From Lachnospiraceae bacterium UBA7199 (GTDB lineage: Bacteria; Bacillota; Clostridia; Lachnospirales; Lachnospiraceae), in assembly GCA_002490775.1 (NCBI GenBank), contig DKUR01000063.1, positions 20,902 through 84,901 of the forward strand: a DNA stretch of 64,000 nucleotides, in the 5' to 3' direction. Below are positions 1 to 8,546 of this stretch, in pieces. The notes beneath the pieces are model-generated. The model saw only the letters and a program-made list of their open reading frames with translations, was not told the origin of the DNA and did no database searches. Position 1 is the stretch's first letter, and each line of letters begins with the position of its first letter. Both the position numbers and the translations under genes were made by a program.

Positions 1-1432
1 GGAAAATGGTATCAGGCAATATCAATTCTTAGATGAAGAAAAAAGCCTTGACGGAACAGAAAAGCTGTTAAGAGACAGGTTTGGGGAAGGTAAAGTAGTA
101 GAGTCTTCTTTGATGGAAAAGCTGATTCTGCTTTGTCTTACCAAATATGCTGCATTAGATGTTTATGCAATGGGAGTGGAAATGGAAGGAGGAAAGCCTG
201 GCTGGTATGATGCCTTAAATGGAATGCCAGGGCTTTTCGGTTCATCCCTGGCGGAGACCTGCGAACTTTCCAGAATGCTGGCATATGTTATTTATATTCT
301 TAAAAAATATAAGTATAATATTGAGCTGTTGGCGGAAGTGGCACAGCTTTTGCATCAGATGGAGACAATTACTTTAAAATGTTTAAATGATATTATGCGC
401 TGCGGGGAATTAATAGAGTTTTGGAACAGCAGAAATGATGTAAAAGAAAGCTACTGGGAGAAAACTTTTGGCGGAATCAGCGGTGCAAGGCAGGAGATTT
501 CGGCTGCTGAACTGATTGATACACTGGTACATATGCAGGCAGTTGTGACACATGGAATTAGAAAGGCCTGTGCTATGGAAAAAGGTGTGTGCCCCACTTA
601 TTTTACTTATGAAGTAAAAGAGTATACCGAAGATGAAGATGGAATCTATCCAGAACATTTTGAAGTAAGGATGGTGCCCTTATTCTTAGAAGGACCGGTG
701 CGGTTTTTAAAGCTGGATAATGAAAAAGAGGTGAAAAGATCCTTATATGCGAGTGTAAAAAACAGTGGTTTGTATGATGAAAGCCTTCAAATGTACAAAG
801 TAAATGCGTCTTTGAAGGATGCATCTTATGAACTGGGAAGAGCAAAAGCATTTACGCCCGGATGGCTGGAAAATGAATCTATTTGGCTTCATATGGAATA
901 TAAGTATTTGCTTGAGCTTCTTAAATCAGGATTGTACAGCGAATTTGCCCAGGATTTTCATAAAGCAGCGATTCCATTCTTGGATCCTGCGGTATATGGG
1001 AGAAGTATTTATGAGAATTCTTCCTTTATTGCAAGTTCGGAAAATCCCAATCCAGCCTGTCATGGTCAGGGATTTGTTGCAAGGTTATCCGGCTCAACAG
1101 TAGAGTTTCTACAGATCTGGATACTAATGATGTTTGGAAAACTGTTTTCTTATGAAAATAATGAGCTTGTCGTAAGCTTTGCACCAGTTCTTCCCCAATA
1201 TCTGGTTGGAGAGGAGCGGCGCGTGGAAGCAGTACTTCTGGGGCAGACGAAAGTTATTTATGAAATGGAAGAAACGAAAGACTATTTTCCGGGATCATAT
1301 AATATTATGTCACAGGAACTTCTTTATGAAGATGGAAGTATTTTTAAAACAACAAATTCTGTTTTAACTGGGACGATTGCAGAAGATATCAGAAATGGAA
1401 AAATTACACAAATAAAAATTACACTTTCCTAG
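1..1432 (+). CDS. glycoside phosphorylase, probable GH161 beta-1,3-glucan phosphorylase (5' end lies outside the window)
   Basis: The frame of the 110..1432 ORF is open from position 2, so the gene starts upstream. Motifs GKPGWYDALNGMPGLFGSS, PGWLENESIWLHMEYKYLLELL and GFVARLSGSTVEF resemble GH161 phosphorylases, which are often auto-annotated 'cellobiose phosphorylase'. It sits next to a sugar ABC transporter. Confidence 0.7.
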   Translation, partial: ENGIRQYQFLDEEKSLDGTEKLLRDRFGEGKVVESSLMEKLILLCLTKYAALDVYAMGVEMEGGKPGWYDALNGMPGLFGSSLAETCELSRMLAYVIYILKKYKYNIELLAEVAQLLHQMETITLKCLNDIMRCGELIEFWNSRNDVKESYWEKTFGGISGARQEISAAELIDTLVHMQAVVTHGIRKACAMEKGVCPTYFTYEVKEYTEDEDGIYPEHFEVRMVPLFLEGPVRFLKLDNEKEVKRSLYASVKNSGLYDESLQMYKVNASLKDASYELGRAKAFTPGWLENESIWLHMEYKYLLELLKSGLYSEFAQDFHKAAIPFLDPAVYGRSIYENSSFIASSENPNPACHGQGFVARLSGSTVEFLQIWILMMFGKLFSYENNELVVSFAPVLPQYLVGEERRVEAVLLGQTKVIYEMEETKDYFPGSYNIMSQELLYEDGSIFKTTNSVLTGTIAEDIRNGKITQIKITLS

Positions 1433-1471
1433 AAAAATTAAAAAAATAACACCTTTTTGAAAAAAGAGCAA

Positions 1472-1500
1472 TTATATCGGTATCAGTCAAAACGTATAAT
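1472..1500 (+). promoter_or_regulatory. sigma-A-type promoter of the ABC operon with a poor -35 (likely activator-dependent)
   Basis: TATAAT at 1495-1500; TTATAT 17 bp upstream; AGGAGG RBS before ATG 1555. Confidence 0.45.
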
Positions 1501-1554
1501 GAATTTACAAACAAAGGAACAATAAAAAGTTTCTAAAAAATAGGAGGATAGGTT

Positions 1555-3015
1555 ATGAAATTTAAAAAGTTAACAGCATTATTGTTAGCCGGAATTATGA
1601 CACTTTCACTGGCAGCATGTGGAAGCAAGGATGAAGGCGGCAGCAGTACTTCATCAACTGACAGTTCATCTTCGCAGGAACAGACCAGCAGCAGTGATGG
1701 CGCAGCAAGCGAAGAGGCAGCAGGCGATTTAAGTGGTAAATTAGTAATTTGGACATTAGCAGCCGATCTTGAGCAGTTTGCTGACAAGTTTACAGAAGAA
1801 CACCCTGGTGTTGAGACAGAAGTAGTTGTTATTGCCCCTGGCGATTATCCTACCAAGGTGGAAACCGCATTACTTGGTGGAGATGACAGTGTTGATATTA
1901 TTGTAGGTGAGCCTAAGATGCTTCAGTCCATGTATGAAGCACAGTTCTTTGCGAACTTAGATGACTTTGGCGCTAAGGATTATGAAGGACAGATCGTTGA
2001 TTACGTTTGGGAAGTTGGACAGGATGATGAAGGCATTCAAAGAGCAATTTCTTATCAGATTACACCGATTGGATTCTTCTATAGAAGAGACATTGCTGAT
2101 AAGGTATTTGGATATTCTGATCCTGAATCAGTAGGAAAACTTTTTGCTGATTATGATACCATTATTGAAACAGGAAGAATCTTAAAGGATGCTGGTTATA
2201 GAATTTTTGCATCCGACGCTGAGACACAGCACTTCAAAGGACAAAGTTCATGGGTAATTGATGGCAAGTTAAATGTAGATCCTCAGAGATATGAATTTAT
2301 GGATCTGGCTACACAGTTGTATCAGGAAGATTTAACAGCTTATGCACAGCAGTGGGCAGCTCCCTGGTATCAGGCTATGAGCGGTCCGGTACCTATCCTT
2401 AATGCTGAAATTCAGGGTGGTGTATGGGATACAGATGAAAACGGTGAAGCACTCCTTAACGTATGGGATGCTGATAACTTTAACGCAAATGTAGAGAATT
2501 ATTCCAGTGAGACAGCAGAAGTATTTGCATTTGGACTTCCTGCATGGGGTGTACTTACTTTAAGAGATAATGTAGGCGACACTGCCGGATCATGGGGTGT
2601 ATGCTCCGGTCCTGCTTATGGATATGATGGCGGTACATATATTGGTATCAGCGATCTTTCCAAGAACAAAGATCTTGCATGGGAATTTGTTAAATTCTGT
2701 ACTTTGAACGAAGAAACTGCAGACTGGTGGATTGAGGCTTCTCAGGGTGATACCGTATCTTTGGTTTCCGCACTTGAAAAACATGCAGACGACACCAATG
2801 AAACCTATGGCGGACAGAAGCTGTATGAGTTCTGGTTAAAGCAGGCTGAAGGCGTAAGCTTATCAAATGTTACAGAATATGATACTGCAATTGATGCTGC
2901 ATGGAGTAATGCAATCAATGCTGTTAAGACAGGAGAAAAGAGCAAAGAAGATGCGATTGAAGGATTCTATGATGAAGTAGCAGCTACTTATCCTGACCTT
3001 GAAATTGAAAGATAA
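1555..3015 (+). CDS. carbohydrate ABC transporter substrate-binding lipoprotein
   Basis: Lipobox LAAC, Ser-rich linker, family-1 SBP motifs (FYRRDI, GGTYIGI, AWEFVKF); precedes two permeases. Confidence 0.92.
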   Translation: MKFKKLTALLLAGIMTLSLAACGSKDEGGSSTSSTDSSSSQEQTSSSDGAASEEAAGDLSGKLVIWTLAADLEQFADKFTEEHPGVETEVVVIAPGDYPTKVETALLGGDDSVDIIVGEPKMLQSMYEAQFFANLDDFGAKDYEGQIVDYVWEVGQDDEGIQRAISYQITPIGFFYRRDIADKVFGYSDPESVGKLFADYDTIIETGRILKDAGYRIFASDAETQHFKGQSSWVIDGKLNVDPQRYEFMDLATQLYQEDLTAYAQQWAAPWYQAMSGPVPILNAEIQGGVWDTDENGEALLNVWDADNFNANVENYSSETAEVFAFGLPAWGVLTLRDNVGDTAGSWGVCSGPAYGYDGGTYIGISDLSKNKDLAWEFVKFCTLNEETADWWIEASQGDTVSLVSALEKHADDTNETYGGQKLYEFWLKQAEGVSLSNVTEYDTAIDAAWSNAINAVKTGEKSKEDAIEGFYDEVAATYPDLEIER

Positions 3016-3024
3016 AATTTTAGT

Positions 3025-3054
3025 GGAGTGGAGGGGCAAAGCCCCCTTCACTCT
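3025..3054 (+). other. intergenic GC-rich stem-loop without U-tract (probable mRNA stabiliser/processing element)
   Basis: GGAGTGGAGGGGC-AAA-GCCCCCTTCACTCT between the SBP and permease genes. Confidence 0.6.
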
Positions 3055-3117
3055 GATAACTTGTTGTATAAGCGGGATATTTTCAAAAAAGAATAAGGAT
3101 GGGTGGAGGTAATACAT

Positions 3118-4038
3118 ATGGCTGTTAGCAATACTGTGGCAAGACCAAAAAAGAAAAAGAATTATAACAATATGGCTTACGTGTTTGTACTGCCTTTTGT
3201 TGTTGTATTTCTTATTTTCAGTGTGTATCCTGTATTTCGTACATTGCAGCTTTCCTTTGCAAACTATAAAGGATTTGGGGATGTTGATTATATAGGATTT
3301 AAAAATTATATACGTGTACTTCAGGATAAGTATTTTTGGACAGCGCTCTTAAATACGGTAAAAATCTGGGGAGTTAATATAGTACTTCAGTTAGCAATCG
3401 CTTTTCTTTTAACAATTGCATTCAGCGATATTAAATTTAAGATAAAAGGGCTTGGATTTTTCAGGGCGGTTTATTATCTGCCCAATATTATTGCAGCAAC
3501 GTCTGTTGCATTTTTGTTTAAGACATTATTGGATTGGAGATATGGTACGATCAACCAGATCTTAGCTAAGTTTGGTGTGAATGAGCCCATTAACTGGCTG
3601 GGACAGCCGGTGACAGCAAGGCTGTCGATTTCCCTGATTCAAACATGGATGTGGTTTGGCAATTCATTTATTATGCTGATGGCAGGGGTTCAGGGAATCA
3701 ATAAAGATTATTTTGAGGCAGCATCTATTGATGGTGCAGGGCGTTGGAAGAGCTTCTTTTATATTACCCTTCCTCTGCTTCGGCCGATTTTATTATATGT
3801 AACAATCACCTCCCTGATTGGAGGCATCCAGATGTTCGATCTTCCGTTCTTGATGGGTACGGTAAACGGAGAACCTCTTGGAGCTACTCAGACTGCAATC
3901 ATGTATCTGTATAAGTTTGGATTTGCAACCAGGCCAAAACAGGTAGGATATGCTTCTGCAATTGCTTATATTTTGTTCCTGATGATACTTATCATATCTG
4001 TAATACAGTTTAAGGTAATGAACAGGAAGGAGGATTAA
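3118..4038 (+). CDS. carbohydrate ABC transporter permease (MalF/UgpA-like)
   Basis: Multiple TM helices; EAA motif EAASIDGAG; ATG 3118 follows GGAGG RBS (ORF track start 3103). Confidence 0.93.
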   Translation: MAVSNTVARPKKKKNYNNMAYVFVLPFVVVFLIFSVYPVFRTLQLSFANYKGFGDVDYIGFKNYIRVLQDKYFWTALLNTVKIWGVNIVLQLAIAFLLTIAFSDIKFKIKGLGFFRAVYYLPNIIAATSVAFLFKTLLDWRYGTINQILAKFGVNEPINWLGQPVTARLSISLIQTWMWFGNSFIMLMAGVQGINKDYFEAASIDGAGRWKSFFYITLPLLRPILLYVTITSLIGGIQMFDLPFLMGTVNGEPLGATQTAIMYLYKFGFATRPKQVGYASAIAYILFLMILIISVIQFKVMNRKED

Positions 4039-4041
4039 ACA

Positions 4042-4869
4042 ATGGCAAAAACCGTTAAAAAAGGAATTTTATATATCGTATTGATTTTACTGGCAGTCAT
4101 TTGTATGGTTCCCTTTCTGCTTATGCTGGTCAATGCAACCAGAAGCGGAAGAGAGATTATGACTTCCTTCACATTGATTCCAGGCAGCAGTCTTAAAGAA
4201 AACTGGGATGCGGTATTTGGCTTTTTTAATCTGTTCTTAGGGCTGTGGAACAGCTTTAAGGTTGCAGTGCCTGCCACAATTTTGACCTCTTACTTTTCTG
4301 CGCTTACAGCCTATGCGCTGGCAGTGTATAAGTTCAAAGGGAAAAATGTTATTTTTTATACAATTGTCATCTTTATGATGATTCCTGGGCAATTGAGCCT
4401 GATTGGTTTTTATAATTTAATTTCCAAGTTAAAGCTGATCGACTCTTATCTGCCGCTGATTATTCCTGCAATTGCAGCACCGGGAACCGTATTTTTCTTA
4501 AAGCAGTATCTGGAATCTGTTCTGCCTATGGCATTGCTGGAGGCAGCCAGAATTGATGGTGCAAGAGAAATCAGTATTTTCCATAAAATTGTTTTTCCAA
4601 TCATGGTGCCAGGCGTAGCAACAATGGCAATCGGCGGATTTATCGGTAATTGGAATGCATACCTGATTCCCCTTCTTTTGCTGAATACGCCAAAGAAGTT
4701 TACACTGCCTGTTATGATTGCTTCATTAAATGCATCAAAAGATATCGGCACCAATCAGGGAGCAATTTATATGGCTCTTGCAGTTTCTATCGTGCCCATT
4801 CTGATTGTATTCTGCTTCTGCTCTAAGTATATTATCAGCAGTATTTCAGCAGGAAGTGTTAAGGAATAA
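4042..4869 (+). CDS. carbohydrate ABC transporter permease (MalG/UgpE-like)
   Basis: EAARIDGA motif; TM helices; C-terminal AGSVKE. Confidence 0.93.
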   Translation: MAKTVKKGILYIVLILLAVICMVPFLLMLVNATRSGREIMTSFTLIPGSSLKENWDAVFGFFNLFLGLWNSFKVAVPATILTSYFSALTAYALAVYKFKGKNVIFYTIVIFMMIPGQLSLIGFYNLISKLKLIDSYLPLIIPAIAAPGTVFFLKQYLESVLPMALLEAARIDGAREISIFHKIVFPIMVPGVATMAIGGFIGNWNAYLIPLLLLNTPKKFTLPVMIASLNASKDIGTNQGAIYMALAVSIVPILIVFCFCSKYIISSISAGSVKE

Positions 4870-4892
4870 GAATAAGTTAAAAAATGCTAATG

Positions 4893-4934
4893 AAAACTGT
4901 CTCTTTGCCGAAAAGGCTAAGAGACAGTTTTTTT
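4893..4934 (+). terminator. intrinsic terminator after the ABC operon
   Basis: AAAACTGTCTCTT...AAGAGACAGTTTT stem followed by a T-tract. Confidence 0.85.
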
Positions 4935-5048
4935 AACATAAGGATGGCTGGCAAAGTCTGGCATCCGTTGTTAACATAAGAATGTCTCGCGAAGCGTGTC
5001 ATCCGTTGTTAACATAAGAATGTCTCGCGAAGCGTGTCATTCGTTGTT
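4935..5048. repeat. three tandem 38-bp REP-like hairpin units (AACATAA-hairpin-GTTGTT)
   Basis: Units at 4935-4972, 4973-5010 and 5011-5048. Units 2 and 3 differ by 1 nt; unit 1 has a different but still pairing hairpin. Confidence 0.9.
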
Positions 5049-5112
5049 TGCTATAATTCTTGTGTATGCAGGTATTTTTTGATATGATAAAGATAGGAAC
5101 AAGATTGAGGAA

Positions 5113-6705
5113 ATGACTATGAAATACATCAGAAAAGCGTCTTTATTACTAATTACAATTTTTTTGTTATGCGCCTGCGGAAGATATGAAGAGACAGATT
5201 CTTTTTTAAGAGAAAAAACTGCTGATGAACCTGTTACTCTGGATTGGTATATTAATTTCACATGGTATGCTACGCCTTGGGGAGGAAATGCAGTATCTGA
5301 TAAAATTACAGAAGACACGGGAGTCAGTATTAATTTTATTACGCCTATGGGCAGTGCGGAAGAAAAATTTAATGCCCTGATTTCTTCTGATTCCCTTCCT
5401 GATATTATTACCCTTGGATGGTGGGAAAATCAGGTGGATGAGATGATCAGCAAGGACATGGTGTATGCTTTGAATGAATTGGCTGACCAGTACGATGCGT
5501 ATTTTTGGGAAGTGACAGATCCTAAAGTGATTTCCTGGTATACCAGAGAGGATGGTAATCTTTATTGTTATCCCAATTCTTCTTTTCAGCCTTCTGATTA
5601 TGAAAACTATAAGGAAATCAGTTCCAATCAGACTTTTTTAGTAAGAAAGGATATTTATGAAGCGCTAGGCTCTCCAGATATGACTACGCCGGAAGGATTT
5701 TCCGACGCGGTGAAAAGAGCGGCAGAACTATTTCCAGAGGTGGAAGGCTATCCGCTGATACCAATTGGGGCTCATGTTTTTGATAATACAGGATGCGTCT
5801 CTTTTGATCAATATTTGCAGAATTTTCTGGCAGTCCCCTATGAAAAAGATGGAGAATACTATGACCGGTATACAGATCCTGAATATATCAGATGGCTGAA
5901 GACTTTCAGAGAGTTAGGTGCGGAAGGGTACCTTAAAGAAGATATTTTTATTGACCAGCGGACACAGATGGAAGAAAAACTGGAAAGAGGACAATATTTT
6001 TGTATGCTTTTTCAAAGAACGGATATGGCAGATCAGCAGATTGCACTGTATGCAAAAAATCCTGAAATGATCTATATGGCGGTAGATGGCCCGCAAAATT
6101 CAAAAGGGGAAGAACACGTGCTGCCAGGAACTGGAATTAATGGATGGACAGTGACCTTTATATCAAAAAATTGCAAATATCCAGATAGGGCAATTCAACT
6201 ATTTTCGTATTTGATCAGTGATGAAGGACAAATGGCCGTTTACCTTGGTGTGGAGGGCATTACTTATGATATGGAAGACGGAAGACCGGTGGTAAAAGAA
6301 GAGGTGATGAGACTTTTAAATACGGATCGTGACGCCTATGATAAAAAATATGGAGCAGACAATGCATACTGGATGTTTCAGGATAATGCCAGACAACTGG
6401 AATGGAAGCAGCAAAGTATGCCGCCTAATGGCCAGTTGGAGGAATGGACTTATCCTTACAGCCATTATCTGGCGCAGTATGAGATTAATTTTGACGCTAA
6501 TTCCCAGGCAGGAAACGCAGATGTTGCAATCAAAAAGCTATGGAGCAGAACGCTTCCATCATTGCTTTTAGCTCCTACAGAGGAGGAATTTGACCGTATT
6601 TTGGAGGAATTTATCAAGGAGCGCGAAACGCTTGGTTTTGCTTTGGTGATGGAGGAGAGCACCAGGCAGGTAAGGGAGAATAAAGAAAGGCTGGGAATGC
6701 CATAG
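5113..6705 (+). CDS. extracellular solute-binding lipoprotein (LplA-like), probable sensor partner of the downstream kinase
   Basis: Lipobox LCAC; LPDII motif; GVEGITY motif typical of LplA-like SBPs; lies directly upstream of the histidine kinase with no permeases of its own. Confidence 0.85.
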   Translation: MTMKYIRKASLLLITIFLLCACGRYEETDSFLREKTADEPVTLDWYINFTWYATPWGGNAVSDKITEDTGVSINFITPMGSAEEKFNALISSDSLPDIITLGWWENQVDEMISKDMVYALNELADQYDAYFWEVTDPKVISWYTREDGNLYCYPNSSFQPSDYENYKEISSNQTFLVRKDIYEALGSPDMTTPEGFSDAVKRAAELFPEVEGYPLIPIGAHVFDNTGCVSFDQYLQNFLAVPYEKDGEYYDRYTDPEYIRWLKTFRELGAEGYLKEDIFIDQRTQMEEKLERGQYFCMLFQRTDMADQQIALYAKNPEMIYMAVDGPQNSKGEEHVLPGTGINGWTVTFISKNCKYPDRAIQLFSYLISDEGQMAVYLGVEGITYDMEDGRPVVKEEVMRLLNTDRDAYDKKYGADNAYWMFQDNARQLEWKQQSMPPNGQLEEWTYPYSHYLAQYEINFDANSQAGNADVAIKKLWSRTLPSLLLAPTEEEFDRILEEFIKERETLGFALVMEESTRQVRENKERLGMP

Positions 6706-6724
6706 TAACTGATGCAGGAGAATT

Positions 6725-8530
6725 ATGAAGAGAATAAAAAACTGGTTTCAGGGACTAAAATTGAATAATAAATTTACAATTATCTGTCTGATTTTTGTGA
6801 CAATACCCATGATTGCTTTAGCAGGATGGATGTTTTGGAACATTGAGCATAACTTGATCAAGGAAAAGCTAAGCGCTATGACATTTAAGCTGGACATGGC
6901 CTATGCGCAGGTAATTAAGAATGTAGACACGATTAATATGTCCACACAGTTTTTTTTAAGTGATCAGGGATTAAAAGATTTTTTGTCAGCCGAAAAAAGA
7001 GGAGACACCTATACCACGGAAGAGATGCTTGATTTTTATAATAGAGATATCGCTTCTTTGGAACGAATGGTAAACAATAACACTTATCTTTATCAGATCA
7101 GAGTCTATGTAGATAGTGACAGCATGCAGGAAATGATGCCGATTCTTTACCGCAGGGAAAGGATGCAGAGATTGTCTTTTTGGCAGGAAAATATTAGTTA
7201 CGGATGGAAATACGGGTACAAAGATAATCTTTTTTCTTCCTATGGGCAGCTTACAGGCGAAAGAGAAATTTTATCCCTTCTTACAAGTATGGAGGATTAT
7301 GGGCTGGGGGAGATTGGTGTTCTTGAAGTGGCAATGTACATGGACACTATGTTTCCGGTGGTGTATGAACCCAGTGAAACCTTATGGGGAAGCTTTGCAG
7401 ATGGAGATGGTAATCTGCATTTTGCCCAAGGGATTGATACTGCTTTTAATCAAAAACTGATTAGAAACGTATTGGCAGATAATCAGGATGTAAAAGATGA
7501 AACCCATGTTTATTTTTACGAGATAGAAGACCGGCAGTTAGTAATTGGATATCAGCCCCTGAAAGAATTAAATGGAATACTGGTATATGTAGACGATATA
7601 AAAAGCGATCTGACGAAAATTCGTAATCAGCGGTATGTGTTTGTTTTATGTGGAATTCTTGTCATTATTTTATTAGCTGTTTTGGTTAATAAAGTAGCTA
7701 AGGGAATGTTGAAACAGTTCTATAGTATTTTGCGTTCCATCAGGGAAGTGCAAAAGGGTGATCTTGACCTGGTCATTGAAAATTGTGGAAGTAATGAAAT
7801 GGGAGAGCTGGGAGACCAGATCAATAAGATGCTATATAATATCAAGCAGTTAACAACGGATAATTTAAACCATGAGCTGCTGGTAAAGAACACAGAGATC
7901 AGAGCATTGCAGAATCAGATTAATGCTCACTTTATCTATAACGTATTGGAATCCATTAAAATGATGGCGGAAATCAAGGAGGACTATGATATTTCCGATG
8001 CAATTACATCTCTTGGAAAGCTTTTGCGCTATAGTATGAAGTGGGTGCCTGGAAATGTGACGGTTGAGGAAGAACTGGAATATATACGGAATTATTTGAG
8101 TCTGATTAATTTAAGGTTTGACTATGAAATTTATTTATCCGTTAACATTTCTGAAGTGATTTTAAAGCAGAGAATACCTAAAATGTCTTTGCAGCCTATT
8201 GTAGAAAATGCAATTTATCATGGAATTGAGCAGATGGCGGAAGATACAAATATTTATATGAAGGGAATTGAGGATGGAGAAGACTGCATTATTGAAATTA
8301 CAGATGCAGGAAAGGGTATGAGTGAGGAAGAAGTGGTAAATCTGTATAAAAGAATCAGTGGTGAGGTGGAAGTTTCAGGGGGTTCCGGCAATGGGATCGG
8401 TCTTAAGAACGTACAGGACAGAATTAAAATCAATTTTGGAGAAAAATATGGAATAGAAATTGCATCAAAACTGGGATGTTACACTAAGATTATGGTGCGC
8501 ATCCCTATGAACAAGGAAGGATCTATATGA
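6725..8530 (+). CDS. YesM-family sensor histidine kinase (2 TM, HAMP, His_kinase, HATPase)
   Basis: ALQNQINAHFIYNVLE H-box; LQPIVENAIYHG; DAGKGM; GIGLKNV. Confidence 0.93.
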   Translation: MKRIKNWFQGLKLNNKFTIICLIFVTIPMIALAGWMFWNIEHNLIKEKLSAMTFKLDMAYAQVIKNVDTINMSTQFFLSDQGLKDFLSAEKRGDTYTTEEMLDFYNRDIASLERMVNNNTYLYQIRVYVDSDSMQEMMPILYRRERMQRLSFWQENISYGWKYGYKDNLFSSYGQLTGEREILSLLTSMEDYGLGEIGVLEVAMYMDTMFPVVYEPSETLWGSFADGDGNLHFAQGIDTAFNQKLIRNVLADNQDVKDETHVYFYEIEDRQLVIGYQPLKELNGILVYVDDIKSDLTKIRNQRYVFVLCGILVIILLAVLVNKVAKGMLKQFYSILRSIREVQKGDLDLVIENCGSNEMGELGDQINKMLYNIKQLTTDNLNHELLVKNTEIRALQNQINAHFIYNVLESIKMMAEIKEDYDISDAITSLGKLLRYSMKWVPGNVTVEEELEYIRNYLSLINLRFDYEIYLSVNISEVILKQRIPKMSLQPIVENAIYHGIEQMAEDTNIYMKGIEDGEDCIIEITDAGKGMSEEEVVNLYKRISGEVEVSGGSGNGIGLKNVQDRIKINFGEKYGIEIASKLGCYTKIMVRIPMNKEGSI

Positions 8531-8546
8531 GGATCAGGAGGACAAG

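Noticed and set aside
4935-5048. CRISPR array or TIGR-like guide array
   Set aside because: Units are contiguous, two are almost identical, the variable parts are self-complementary rather than unique spacers, and there is no cas or Nop-domain gene in the window
4925-5048. dif site or integron attC
   Set aside because: Only the TTATGTTAA half matches, with no XerC arm 6 bp away; 38 bp is shorter than known attC sites and there are no cassettes or integrase. Kept only as an analogy.
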